A DNA stretch of 64,000 nt from Eledone cirrhosa (Eukaryota), in the NCBI GenBank assembly GCA_964016885.1, contig OZ024754.1:10416001-10480000 (forward strand), read 5' to 3'. The position numbers were made by a program, and so were the translations under genes. The notes under the pieces are model-generated. The model did not search any database. It saw only the letters and a program-made list of their open reading frames with translations, and was not told where the DNA came from. Positions 42,983 to 56,227 of the stretch are shown one piece after another (the first letter of the stretch is position 1; every line of letters begins with the position of its first letter).

Positions 42983-43398
42983 CGGCGGTGGATTGGCAGA
43001 ATCGGTAGAGCGTCGGAGAACATGCTTTGCAGCATATGGTTACGTCTTTTTACGTTCTGAGTTCAAATCCCACAAAGGCTCAATTTGCCTGTCATCCTCA
43101 CAAAATCAATAAAATAAAGCACCAGTAACGCACTGGCGTCAATTTAATCAATTTTCCCCTCTCCCAAATTTCTGGCCTTGTGCCCAAATCAGAAACCGGC
43201 GTGGATTGGCAGTATCGGTAGAGGGTCGGACGCCATGCTTTGACGCATAGAGTTACGGCCCTTGCCATTCTGAGTTCAAATCCCGCCGAGGTTAACTTTG
43301 CCTTTCATCCTTACGGGGTCAATAAAATAAAGTACCAGTAATACACTGCGATAATTGCTGGCCTTGTGCCAAAAGTAGAAACAATTATTATTATTATT
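42983..43398 (+). mobile_element. two head-to-tail S2 SINEs
   Basis: gtggattggcag heads at about 42988 and 43200. Confidence 0.85.
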
Positions 43399-43863
43399 GC
43401 TATTATATGAGAGGCCAGTAGATTGAACTTGTAAATCCTCCAACTGAAGTTAAATGCCAAAGATAAAAAATCTTTTATGTTTTATAATGAAAAAGAGACT
43501 GTGTTGTTGGTCACGTGGTTGTTGTTTAGCATAAAGTCAACACTCATCTGGTAAAACTATGACAAAGGTGGTTCAACTGTGAGCAGCCCATTTTTTTTTA
43601 TGCATTGTGTATTTTAGACTATGTCATTCTCTGTAATGTGCTCTATATCCTAAGAGTTGAGGATAATTTGAGGGTATGATTTGCTATTTCTATCTGGTCA
43701 AAGGAGCATGCAGATGCATGTCTGGTTATCTAGAAGTTATGTGATTGAGTTATGAAGAAGAATTATTCAAAGTATAGAAACAAGAGAGAGAGAGAGAAAG
43801 AGAGACGGCAAAATGAAAATTGATTGAGTTATATGAAGAAGAATTATTCAAAGTATACAAACA

Positions 43864-43904
<41 letters not shown>

Positions 43905-43914
43905 GTTTGTATAC

Positions 43915-43945
<31 letters not shown>

Positions 43946-43993
43946 ATATTAAATAAATGGAAACTATATTTATAAAACCCTATTTATTCTATT

Positions 43994-44054
43994 TATTCCA
44001 TTATATATATTTCAAGGGTACCAACATTTTGGTACGCTATCATCAGATAAAATA
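43994..44054 (-). ncRNA. minimal type I hammerhead ribozyme (family B)
   Basis: minus: uauuuuau CUGAUGA uagc GUACCAA aaug UUGGUAC ccuu GAAA uauaua UA auggaaua. Confidence 0.7.
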
Positions 44055-44919
44055 CAAAGTGTATTTTATAAATTTTGACATAACCAAGAAAAATATACCT
44101 TAACGGTTCAAGTTTTCCTTGGATAATGAAGGGATAAGAGAAGAAAAGTCAGATATTTCAAATTATTAAGATGAGTATGCAAATGAGGTTTAGGTAAAAG
44201 GGCTGAAAAAAACGTTATTTTAGACGCTATGGAAAATTTAAATAATTATGATAAGTTTTTGTATGCGTAGGAAAGAAGAGAAAGGAAGATTTACGTTAAT
44301 TTGGGGGAAAAAAAGTGGAATATGATTCCAGAATTTAAATTTAAATTTATTTACCTATATTATGAGTTATAATATTGTATATATAATCAATTAGATTATA
44401 TGAAGAATTATGGTTGTAAGTATTTTTATCTTATTACATTACGATAGGTTATATGTATATAAATATCTATATAGATTAATAATTGCGTATGCTTTAGTAT
44501 TATAGAGATAGAAATAATTTACAATTATTAGTTGTTTATATATCAAATATGAGTTACGAAGGATGTTGATTTTGTATTTTACTTAAAAAATAGGTGATTC
44601 AAGTTGTTAGAGTAGAACAATTTGTGGATTCAAAAATGTTGTTCAACATTGAAAATGTTTTCAGAATATTGTTAATTTAGCGAACTTATACAGATTATCA
44701 AACATGATTATGTTTATGTTTGCACAATTGAGAAAGGAAAGATAACTCCAATTTTGTTTGTTAACTGTTAAATTTGATGAGTGATTTACTCCAAAATATA
44801 TAGAGAAAATTATATATGATTTTGTGTGAGATCCATTATTTTAGTCGAAAGGTGTGTGAATGTTTGAATAAAATGGCTTCTACAGGTCTAGAACTGTTTC
44901 ATTCGGGAGAAATCATCAG

Positions 44920-44970
44920 GGCTTCCTGATGATTTCTCCCAAATGAAACAGTTCTAGTCCTGTAGAAGCC
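44920..44970 (+). ncRNA. type I hammerhead ribozyme (family D) in a 104-bp palindrome (44871-44974)
   Basis: GGCUUC CUGAUGA uuucucccaaau GAAA CAG uucuaguc CUG UA GAAGCC; 6-bp stem I, 4-bp stem III, GUA cleavage triplet. Confidence 0.8.
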
Positions 44971-45837
44971 ATTTCTATATTAAAGAGAGAGAGAGAGGTG
45001 AGATAGGAGGAGAAGGGGCGAAGATTGATAGGTAGTTTGAACAACAGATATTAAACAACATTAAGTTAGTACTAAAATATACTAAAAGACAAAAACATTC
45101 CACATTTAGAATAACAATATATTAATATATTTAAAACAAATAACAACAGAAAGGGTCACTAGGAAGTGAAGTATTAACCAGGATGAGATGCAGAGTTGAC
45201 TAGTTAACATGAAAAATGCATTACTACACAGATTCTACAGGGAGGAAGTTAAGTAAAATTGAAACTCCCACAAACCTGAACCGTCTGCATGATTCTTTTG
45301 CATTTGAAAAGAAGGAGGCCGAGAATTTCTGGCAGGAGTAGCTACAAAAATATAAATCTACATGAAGCAACAGAAAAATGTCCGACTCTAAATCTAAAAT
45401 TAATCTCTTTGGATTGGGAGGATGGAGAGAAAAGAAAAAAAAAAAAAGAGTGTGAAAGAAAAAAAAATATACAAAAATACATGTTAGGGCGAGGGGAAAA
45501 AGATGAAGGAGGAATGCACACATGAAAAGTGATGAGAGCAAAGATAGTAACATTGAATGAGGGGAAGAAAAAAAATCAACAGCTAAGCAACAGTGATTGT
45601 TATGAAATGTGCACATGCATATGCACAGGTGCAGTGATGTATGGATGAGATGGATCAGTATTGTTGTGCAAACATAAGGTTTCAATGATCAGTTGGTTAT
45701 TTCTATTCCAAATATGCAACTAATTAATGAACTGTGATGCAGGGTATCACTTCATGGTAACTTTTATTGTTCAGTTGTTGTTGTTGTGGTTGTTTGTTTA
45801 GTTGATTTTCATTTTTATTTCTATGTGAAGATAATCC

Positions 45838-48391
45838 ACCATGTTCTCTACAGTCAGGAGATCCTTACAACAACAACAACAACACTGCCATGTTCTCTAG
45901 TCAGGAGATCCTTCCAACAACAACAACAACACTACCATGTTCTCTACAGTCAGGAGATCCTTACAACAACAACAACACTACCATGTTCTCTACAGTCAGG
46001 AGATCCTTGCAACAACAACAACACTACCATGTTCTCTACAGTCTGGAGATCCTTCCAACAACAACAACAACAACACTACCATGTTCTCTCCAGTCAGGAG
46101 ATCCTTACAACAACAACAACACTACCATGTTCTCTACAGTCAAGAGATCTTTACAACAACAACAACACTACCATGTTCTCTCCAGTCAGGAGATCCTTAC
46201 AACAACAACAACAACACTACCATGTTCTCTACAGTCAAGAGATCTTTACAACAACAACAACACTACCATGTTCTCTACAGTCAGGAGATCCTTCCAACAA
46301 CAACAACAACACTACCATGTTCTCTACAGTCAGGAGATCCTTACAACAACAACAACACTACCATGTTCTCTACAGTCAGGAGATCCTTACAACAACAACA
46401 ACACTACCATGTTCTCTACAGTCAGGAGATCCTTACAACAACAACACCACCATGTTCTCTACAGTCAGGAGATCCTTACAACAACAACAACACTACCATG
46501 TTCTCTACAGTCAAGAGATCTTTACAACAACAACAACACTACCATGTTCTCTACAGTCAGGAGATCCTTACAACAACAACAACACTACCATGTTCTCTCC
46601 AGTCAGGAGATCCTTACAACAACAACACCACCATGTTCTCTACAGTCAGGAGATCCTTCCAACAACAACAACAACACTACCATGTTCTCTACAGTCAGGA
46701 GATCCTTACAACAACAACAACACTACCATGTTCTCTACAGTCAGGAGATCCTTACAACAACAACAACAACACTACCATGTTCTCTACAGTCAGGAGATCC
46801 TTACAACAACAACAACACTACCATGTTCTCTACAGTCAGGAGATCCTTACAACAACAACAACAACACTACCATGTTCTCTACAGTCAGGAGATCCTTACA
46901 ACAACAACACCACCATGTTCTCTACAGTCAGGAGATCCTTGCAACAACAACAACACTACCATGTTCTCTCCAGTCAGGAGATCCTTACAACAACAACACC
47001 ACCATGTTCTCTACAGTCAGGAGATCCTTACAACAACAACACCACCATGTTCTCTACAGTCAGGAGATCCTTGCAACAACAACAACACTACCATGTTCTC
47101 TCCAGTCAGGAGATCCTTACAACAACAACACCACCATGTTCTCTCCAGTCAGGAGATCCTTACAACAACAACACTACCATGTTCTCTACAGTCAGGAGAT
47201 CCTTCCAACAACAACAACAACACTACCATGTTCTCTACAGTCAGGAGATCCTTGCAACAACAACAACACTACCATGTTCTCTACAGTCAGGAGATCCTTA
47301 CAAGAACAACAACAACAACAACACTACCATGTTCTCTACAGTCAGGAGATCCTTACAACAACAACAACACTACCATGTTCTCTACAGTCAGGAGATCCTT
47401 ACAACAACAACAACAACACCACCATGTTCTCTACAGTCAGGAGATCCTTGCAACAACAACAACACTACCATGTTCTCTACAGTCAGGAGATCCTTCCAAC
47501 AACAACAACAACAACAACACTACCATGTTCTCTACAGTCAGGAGATCCTTACAACAACAACACCACCATGTTCTCTACAGTCAGGAGATCCTTGCAACAA
47601 CAACAACACTACCATGTTCTCTACAGTCAGGAGATCTTTACAACAACAACAACACTACCATGTTCTCTACAGTCAGGAGATCCTTCCAACAACAACAACA
47701 ACACTACCATGTTCTCTACAGTCAGGAGATCCTTACAACAACAACAACACTACCATGTTCTCTACAGTCAAGAGATCTTTACAACAACAACAACACTACC
47801 ATGTTCTCTACAGTCAGGAGATCCTTACAACAACAACAACACTACCATGTTCTCTACAGTCAGGAGATCCTTACAACAACAACAACACTACCATGTTCTC
47901 TACAGTCAGGAGATCCTTACAACAACAACAACACTACCATGTTCTCTCCAGTCAGGAGATCCTTACAACAACAACACCACCATGTTCTCTACAGTCAGGA
48001 GATCCTTACAACAACAACAACACTACCATGTTCTCTACAGTCAGGAGATCCTTACAAGAACAACAACAACAACAACACTACCATGTTCTCTACAGTCAGG
48101 AGATCCTTACAACAACAACAACACTACCATGTTCTCTACAGTCAGGAGATCCTTACAACAACAACAACACCACCATGTTCTCTACAGTCAGGAGATCCTT
48201 ACAACAACAACAACACTACCATGTTCTCTACAGTCAGGAGATCCTTACAACAACAACAACACCACCATGTTCTCTACAGTCAGGAGATCCTTACAACAAC
48301 AACAACACTACCATGTTCTCTACAGTCAGGAGATCCTTACAACAACAACAACAACAACAACACTACCATGTTCTCTACAGTCAGGAGATCC
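45838..48391. repeat. 44-56 bp (modal 47 bp) minisatellite, about 54 units
   Basis: ccatgttctctacagtcaggagatcctt(aca)n-cacta. Confidence 0.97.
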
Positions 48392-48649
48392 TAATCTAAA
48401 CATGTGAATCATTTTACATCATTTTAACTATCAACAGTGGATACTGTTTGTTATTAAATAATCATTAGATTTCAACCTCACCTGTCTTCCTGCCTAACCA
48501 CCTAACAACTTAATTACATTGATTAAATGTAAACTGAAATCAGAGAAGGCAGTTAGGGAGTGAGGTGTGGTGGGGTGGGATGTGGAGCGTTTATTAGAAA
48601 CAATCACAGAATGATGAAAATTCAGCAAGTGTATTGTTTCATTTTGCAA

Positions 48650-48902
48650 ACTGAAACCCTATATATACACCCACACCTAAATGAAACATATTCCCCCACC
48701 CCTAACTTCTAAATGAAACACTATATACCCCCACCCCCTAAATGAAACCCTATATTTACCCCCACACCTAAATGAAACATATTCCCCCACCCCTAACTCC
48801 TAAATGAAACACTATATACCCCCACCCCCTAAATGAAACCCTATATTTACCCCCACACCTAAATGAAACATATTCCCCCACCCTAACCCCTAAATGAAAC
48901 AC
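48650..48902. repeat. about 30-bp minisatellite with trimeric higher-order structure
   Basis: taaatgaaac followed cyclically by atattcccc / actatatacc / cctatattta. Confidence 0.9.
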
Positions 48903-49084
48903 TTTACTTAGGTTTGCCTCTTTTCCGCCCAATTTCTTTTGCCCTTTAATAAATAAATAAGTAAATAGATCTCAGTTAGAAGCGGGGGCAGGGGGTGCTC
49001 AATAGTTCCACTATGGCAAAAGAAGAATCAGAAAAAGTGTCCAATGGAAATACGAAACATTTTATTCCCTTCAACTTCATATGT

Positions 49085-49440
49085 AGCCTACGAACCGGGG
49101 TCTCCCCGAGGTTCACCCTCAGGGTCTGTGAGTTACATAAATGTCGCTGTGGGTCCACCATAGACTCTTTCGGGCCTCCGACCCATGTCCTTCCACTACA
49201 GTGTCAGCCGCCACAGTCCATGCCATGCTGCTCTCAATGAGGTCATCAAGATGGCTTGGATGCTGCAGGGTTCCCCTCCCAGCTCGAGCTGGACTGAGGG
49301 CTGATGGCAAAGGGCCAGACAGCATGACCATTTTCTCGTTCTGCGGTGGTAAACCCCTCATCTGGGATACCACAAACAGCGACACATTCTCCAGAGGCAA
49401 CCTGGTGCAGTCTGTGACTGACCCAGGCTTAGTTGCACTT
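49085..49440 (+). pseudogene. decayed C-terminal zinc-knuckle plus restriction-like endonuclease of a CRE-like non-LTR retrotransposon
   Basis: across frameshifts: HKCRCGSTIDSFG ... HAALNEVIK ... GLRADGKGPDSMTIFSFCGGKPLIWDTTNSDTFS, matching the CxCG..D..G / RH..LN / DGKRPDG.T......L.WD.T..DT pattern. Confidence 0.75.
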
Positions 49441-49934
49441 CATACATTGTTTTTATTTTTCCCTCTCTTTTTTTTTTTTTTTTTTTTTTTTTATAAGAAA
49501 AAAAATTAATAAGATTAAGTCGAAAACAGGAACAGTGAAGATGTGTGGAAATAAATGAGAGACGTACATCTGAAAGAGAGAATTCTCCATCCTCACTCTC
49601 TCATATTTTCCCTTTCTCATTCTCTCTGTCTCGCTTATTCTTTCCCTCTTCCTGCCCTCTTTATATATGTCTGTCTGTCTATGTGTGTGCGTGTGTGTGT
49701 GTGAGAACGAGAGAGAGAGTGTGTGTGGATATGATTTAAAGACTTAATAGTATAATTTTCCAAGTTTAGGGAATAAAGAAGCTGATTTTGAGAGATGTTC
49801 TACAAGCACAATAGTTAAGAACCTTTGGGATAAGAATCTTATGTTGGTGCTATTCAAGAGAAGCTCCCCAAAACAGATATATGATATTAAATAAGCTTCA
49901 GCAGAGAAAAACAAGAAGACACCTACTTATATAC

Positions 49935-50635
<701 letters not shown>

Positions 50636-51052
50636 CTGACTGGGGAGGAGAGGAGATCCTTCATATTGAATTAAACAAGAAATGTGAATGAATTGATAAA
50701 GACAGCTAAAGTCAAAAGGTGTTTTTGGTAGGTGTAATGGCAGAGGGCTGTGAATTAAGGGAGGAAAACAGAGGTGAGATAACAGATCAAATATTACATA
50801 CACACACTCTCTCTCTCAACATACCTTTGCATACAGACCTACACAGCTACACACACAACAATGAAGGCGAGGCAAATATTACACTATATCTCTTTCTCTC
50901 TCTTACACACACACAGGTAATGATACACAGCAGATACACACAGAACAGAGATAGGAGGAGAATCAAAGATAAGAAATAACACAAACCAAATAGCAAGCAA
51001 TACACACATACACACCTGACACCACATACACACACACACCTGATGCCTCACA

Positions 51053-51089
<37 letters not shown>

Positions 51090-51095
<6 letters not shown>

Positions 51096-51905
51096 CAGAC
51101 ACACACACACAGAACAGACAGCAACTATCAGACACACACACACACACAGAGAACAGACAGCAACTATCAGACACACACACACACAACAGACAGCAACTAT
51201 CAGACACACACACAGAACAGACAGCAACTATCAGACACACACACACACAACAGACAGCAACTATCAAACACACACACACAGAGAACAGAGAGCAACTATC
51301 AGACACACACACACACACAACAACTATCAGACACACACACAGCAACTATCAGACACACACACACAGAACAGACAGCAACTATCAGACACACACACACACA
51401 CAGAACAGACAGCAACTATCAGACACACACACAGAACAGACAGCAACTATCAGACACACACACACACAACAGACAGCAACTATCAGACACACACACACAC
51501 AACAGACAGCAACTATCAGACACACACACACAAAACAGACAGCAACTATCAGACACACACACACAAAACAGACAGCAACTATCAGACACACACACACAAA
51601 ACAGACAGCAACTATCAGACACACACACACACACACAGAACAGACAGCAACTATCAGACACACACACACACACACAGAACAGACACCAACTATCAGACAC
51701 ACACACACACAACAGACAGCAACTATCAGACACACACAGAGAACAGACAGCAACTATCAGACACACACACACAGAGAACAGAGAGCAACTATCAGACACA
51801 CACACACACAACAACTATCAGACACACACACACACACAGAACAGACAGCAACTATCAGACACACACACACACAACAGACAGCAACTATCAGACACACACA
51901 CACAC
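51090..51905. repeat. minisatellite with variable (CA)n spacer
   Basis: aacagacagcaactatcaga(ca)n. Confidence 0.95.
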
Positions 51906-52184
51906 AGATATGATAATTCTTAAATCAAAACAGAAACCCAATTCTAATTATTGGGTAGAGAAATAATAATGATAATAATTACTTTATCAGCCACACAGGG
52001 TTCACATTAAGGAAACATTAAAGATGGTACAGAACAATACAGTGTGGAGTTATTTTATAAAATAAAATTTATGAAAGAGACTAAGAAAATAAACATTTAA
52101 AACAGACATAACTTCTTCCCCAAAGATGATGAGACTCTAAGGGTCTCTTGTGTAGGAATCCCACAAATAATAATAATAATAATA

Positions 52185-52373
52185 ATAATTGTTTCAACTT
52201 TAGGCACAAGGCCAGCAATTACCCAGTGCATTACTGGTACTTTATTTATCGACCCCGTAAGGATGAAAGGCAAAGTCAACCTCGGCGGGATTTGAACTCA
52301 GATCATAAAGGGCCGTAACTCTATGCTGCAAAGCATGGCGTCAGACCCTCTAGCGATACTGCCAATCCACCGC
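52185..52373 (-). mobile_element. S2 SINE in a (TAA)n tract
   Basis: full-length reverse-complement copy. Confidence 0.85.
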
Positions 52374-52832
52374 CATAATAATAATAATAATGATGTGAAG
52401 GTAAAATTAATTGAAGTGTACCAATGTGTTTCTAAAAGGAAGAAGCTGTTTCAAGGTTTTCATTGTATCGCAAAATGGCACTCACTACCCAGGCAGAAGT
52501 TGAAGCTGCACTGAAATACATCAAGGATAATACAGAGTACAAAGCAAGGATCAGATAGATCGGTACCATCTCGGTGCTGTTCAAACCCGAGACCCTGCCC
52601 TTGCCATTAATTAACCCCCGTTAATTGCACACACAGTAATGTATCCGGCCTCCCATTGGGGAATTTTTGCTTGAATTTTCAATTTGTTTTTACACATTTC
52701 TATATTTCCTTATAACCTTTTTACACAACCAAAACCCACTTTGTATCATCCTGTACCGTCCTGTGCCGTCTCTAATGTTTTTCTTCATGTCAGCCCTTGT
52801 GGCCAATAAAGAAACCATTATTATTACATCTA

Positions 52833-53022
52833 CGGCGGTGGATTGGCAGTATCGGTAGAGGGTCGGACGCCATGCTTTGACGCATAGAGTTACGGCCCTT
52901 TCCATTCTGATTTCAAATCCCGCTGAGGTTAACCTTGCCTTTCATCCTTACGGGGTCGATAAAATACAGTACCAGTAATGCACTGGGTGATTGCTGGCCT
53001 TGTGCCTAAAGTAGAAACAGTT
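52833..53022 (+). mobile_element. S2 SINE
   Basis: full-length; imperfect TSD ttatta(t/-)(t/g)acatcta. Confidence 0.85.
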
Positions 53023-53293
53023 ATTATGACATCTATCCATCACAATGGTGGCAACAGTGAAAGAACAACACTTTAGAGAAGATGAATTTTAAAAGCATGT
53101 CTTACCTTCATGTATAACCATAGATGACAAAGTTTCTAGAGTGTCTGGATTATAGTTGCTTGGTCTGAAATGAAAGAAAGATTTTTAAAATAAAATATCA
53201 TCATCATCATCATCATTTAATGTCCATCTTCCATGCTAGCATGGGTTGGACGGGTTTGTCCCACTCGTATATATATATATACATATACATACA

Positions 53294-53329
<36 letters not shown>

Positions 53330-53650
53330 TGATGGCTGCCCCCTCGTTATCGAGTATGGTCATTGCACGAGGAAAAAAAAAATAAAATAAAATAAAATAG
53401 AAAAAAAAATTAAAAAAAAAATAAAATAAAAATAAAAAATAAAATAAAATATATATATATACATACATACATACATATACATATATACATACATATTTAT
53501 ATATATATAATATATATATAAATATATGCCCCAGCATGGCCTCAGCCGGATGGCTGAAACAGGTAAAAGAGTAAAAGAGTATTATGAAATACTGTGTGCT
53601 TTTTGCCCATAATAATTTCTATACTTTTCATTCATTTACATACATATATA

Positions 53651-53708
<58 letters not shown>

Positions 53709-53780
53709 TATATAGTAAAATAAACAATGGGAGAAATAAATAAATAAATATATATATATATATATATACATACATATACA

Positions 53781-53879
53781 CAGGGTGTCCCAAAAATTGT
53801 ATGCACACTTTGATTACCTGTAGAGGCATTATTTATTAGAATGCTGTTAAAATATGTATACATTTTTTGGAACACCCTG
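53781..53879. mobile_element. Tc1/mariner-type MITE
   Basis: TIR cagggtgtcccaaaaa / ttttggaacaccctg-TA. Confidence 0.8.
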
Positions 53880-53946
53880 TATGTGTATGTTTATATATGT
53901 ATGTATGTATATAAATAAATAAATATATATATAGAGAGAGAGAGAG

Positions 53947-54149
53947 CGAGGGAAAAGTGGTAAGGAACCAGGTGGACCATAACGCACCAAAGTACTCAAT
54001 ACTTAGGGTAGTAGAGTGGGTAATAGGAGTAAGTAAGACCCCGACGGCTGAGTTCAAGCCGGTTCGACGGCTAATTCTGTACTGAATCCGTACAGAATTA
54101 GCCGTCGAAACGGCTTGAGCTCAGCCGTCGGGGTCTTACTTACTCCTAT
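53947..54149 (-). mobile_element. family A module with 60-bp fold-back
   Basis: arms 54023-54082 / 54090-54149. Confidence 0.85.
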
Positions 54150-54394
54150 ATATAGAGAGAGAGAGATATATATAGAGAGAGAGAGAAAGAGAGAGAGGGA
54201 GAGAGAGTAAAATTTCAAAACATATCTAAGAACATTTGAGATATATGATTGAAAGTTGGAGATAGAAGCTGTCAAAATTCTGCCTTGGTGAACATGTATA
54301 CACAGAGAGAGGGTAGAGAGTATTCTTATATATGCAAACATATATGAGAAGAAAAAGAGAAAAGAAAAACATAAAATACACACACACACACATA

Positions 54395-54430
<36 letters not shown>

Positions 54431-56191
54431 CAAATATAATTCAGCGAGAATCGTATTTCGGCTGGTAGAAAAAGCGAAACGAAACACAAAATCGTAGAAA
54501 TATATATATCTATATATATAAGAATCAGACTTGGAAGAATATCTCTTTATTTATACGAAAGTAAACAATAATGTCCAAAAGAAAAATATTAAAACTTATG
54601 TCGGGCTCACATAACCCTATCTTGTTATTGTTGCTACTCCATCCACCGCCTCCGAGCAGGAATAATAACATGTGTGAGGTCCATTAAACTGAAATAATTC
54701 GAAATTATATAAAGCAAGAACTTTACCAAAGTGCCTGCTGATACTGAAAGAAAATGTGTGCGTGCTCACGTACGTGTCTGCGAAACTAGTCACACTCACA
54801 CACACACACACACACATACATACATACATACATACACAGACATACATATACATATATCGTGGGTAATGGAGCAAAAATGATGTACAGCTAAAGCAGATGA
54901 GAATGAAAATAAAACTGTGTTTAAGCAATGAATATTTCATTTGATGGTAGAACAACTTTCGTCTGGAATGGTGTGTCTCGTTTTGTCCTGTTTCTTTTTG
55001 CTTCTAGTCTCAGTTAGACCCTGGTTTTAGACAATTTGATTGAATGCAACACCACTGTGGTAAACGTGGTGTTGACTTTATAAAGAGTGAAGAGATTGTC
55101 AAAAACTAAAAAAAAAAAAGACAATATATAGATGCTAAAATGGGTGCTTCTTGTTCTGACACCTACACAACCATTTTACAGTTGTAGGGACCACAGTACT
55201 GATTTACAGCATTTTGAGGGCATTTTTAAAACCTGTTGGAGCCCAATCCTCTTCAGATCTGAATACAGCAGATTTCTTCCAGAAGATAAGAGAATGGAAG
55301 TGAGAAAAGGTTATTAGAGGTACTTTTGACTGGTACTTTTTTTATTGACCTAAAAAGGCGAAGTTGACTTTGGCAGGATTTGAACTCGGGGAGCAGAGAG
55401 CTGAAACATATACCACACAGCATTCTATCCAACATCCTAACGGCTCTGCAAATTCACTGCCTTGTACCAGAGCACAACATTTATTACCCATTTTATCATA
55501 GATTAATTGAAATAGATTTCATTCAATTCTATGCTGTTCCAACATTCATCATATCCTAAATAATGGTAAGTTATTAGGAATAAAATATAGGAATTCTGTG
55601 ATGAAAATATTTCTATAGAACAATCTTATGTAAGAGAGGTAGGTGAACGTGTTGAGATCAATACTATCAGCTGTACAAGCTTTATTTAGACATTTGAAAA
55701 ATAGAGAGAAAAGACAGAATGTTTCTTCATTGGAAAGAGTTGTTTATAAACTTTCGAATACATTATACAAGTATTGCTACCTAACTGAAATCCAGAGAAT
55801 TATTATTCACATTAAATTGAAAATGTATATTGAAACACAACTGAATGATAGCAATGAACTTAATCCACCACACCCGGCCACCATCCCCACAAAAAGGGGG
55901 GAGGGGGCTAACATTGAACATTCTAACCTATGCTGGCAGCTTATTGAATACAGTTATACAATCTTTGTGGCAGTATACGGTAAACTCTGTGGCTGATATT
56001 AGAAATAGGAGTTAGCTTGTTAATCTGAATAATTTTTGATTTAACAGAATGTTACACAGATTTAGACAACTTTATATCATAAACTCTATTATATATATAT
56101 ATATGTAAAAGGTAAACAGAAATAACAATACAATCAGTACAGTATATGGAAGTAATATATTAGTTTAACGCTTCAAATAGCAGTAAGAGGG

Positions 56192-56227
56192 TCTTAACGT
56201 TTTGGACGCTAGTCCTTCATCAGAAGA
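56192..56227 (-). ncRNA. minimal hammerhead motif (family E), G12-to-A variant
   Basis: minus: ucuu CUGAUGA a GGAC uagc GUCC aAAA cg UU aaga; (TA)n tract about 90 nt downstream. Confidence 0.6.

Noticed and set aside
45786-48407. Three ORFs over 800 aa, and a CRISPR-like appearance
   Set aside because: Tandem minisatellite; the spacers are only (ACA)n, not unique; eukaryotic context, no cas genes
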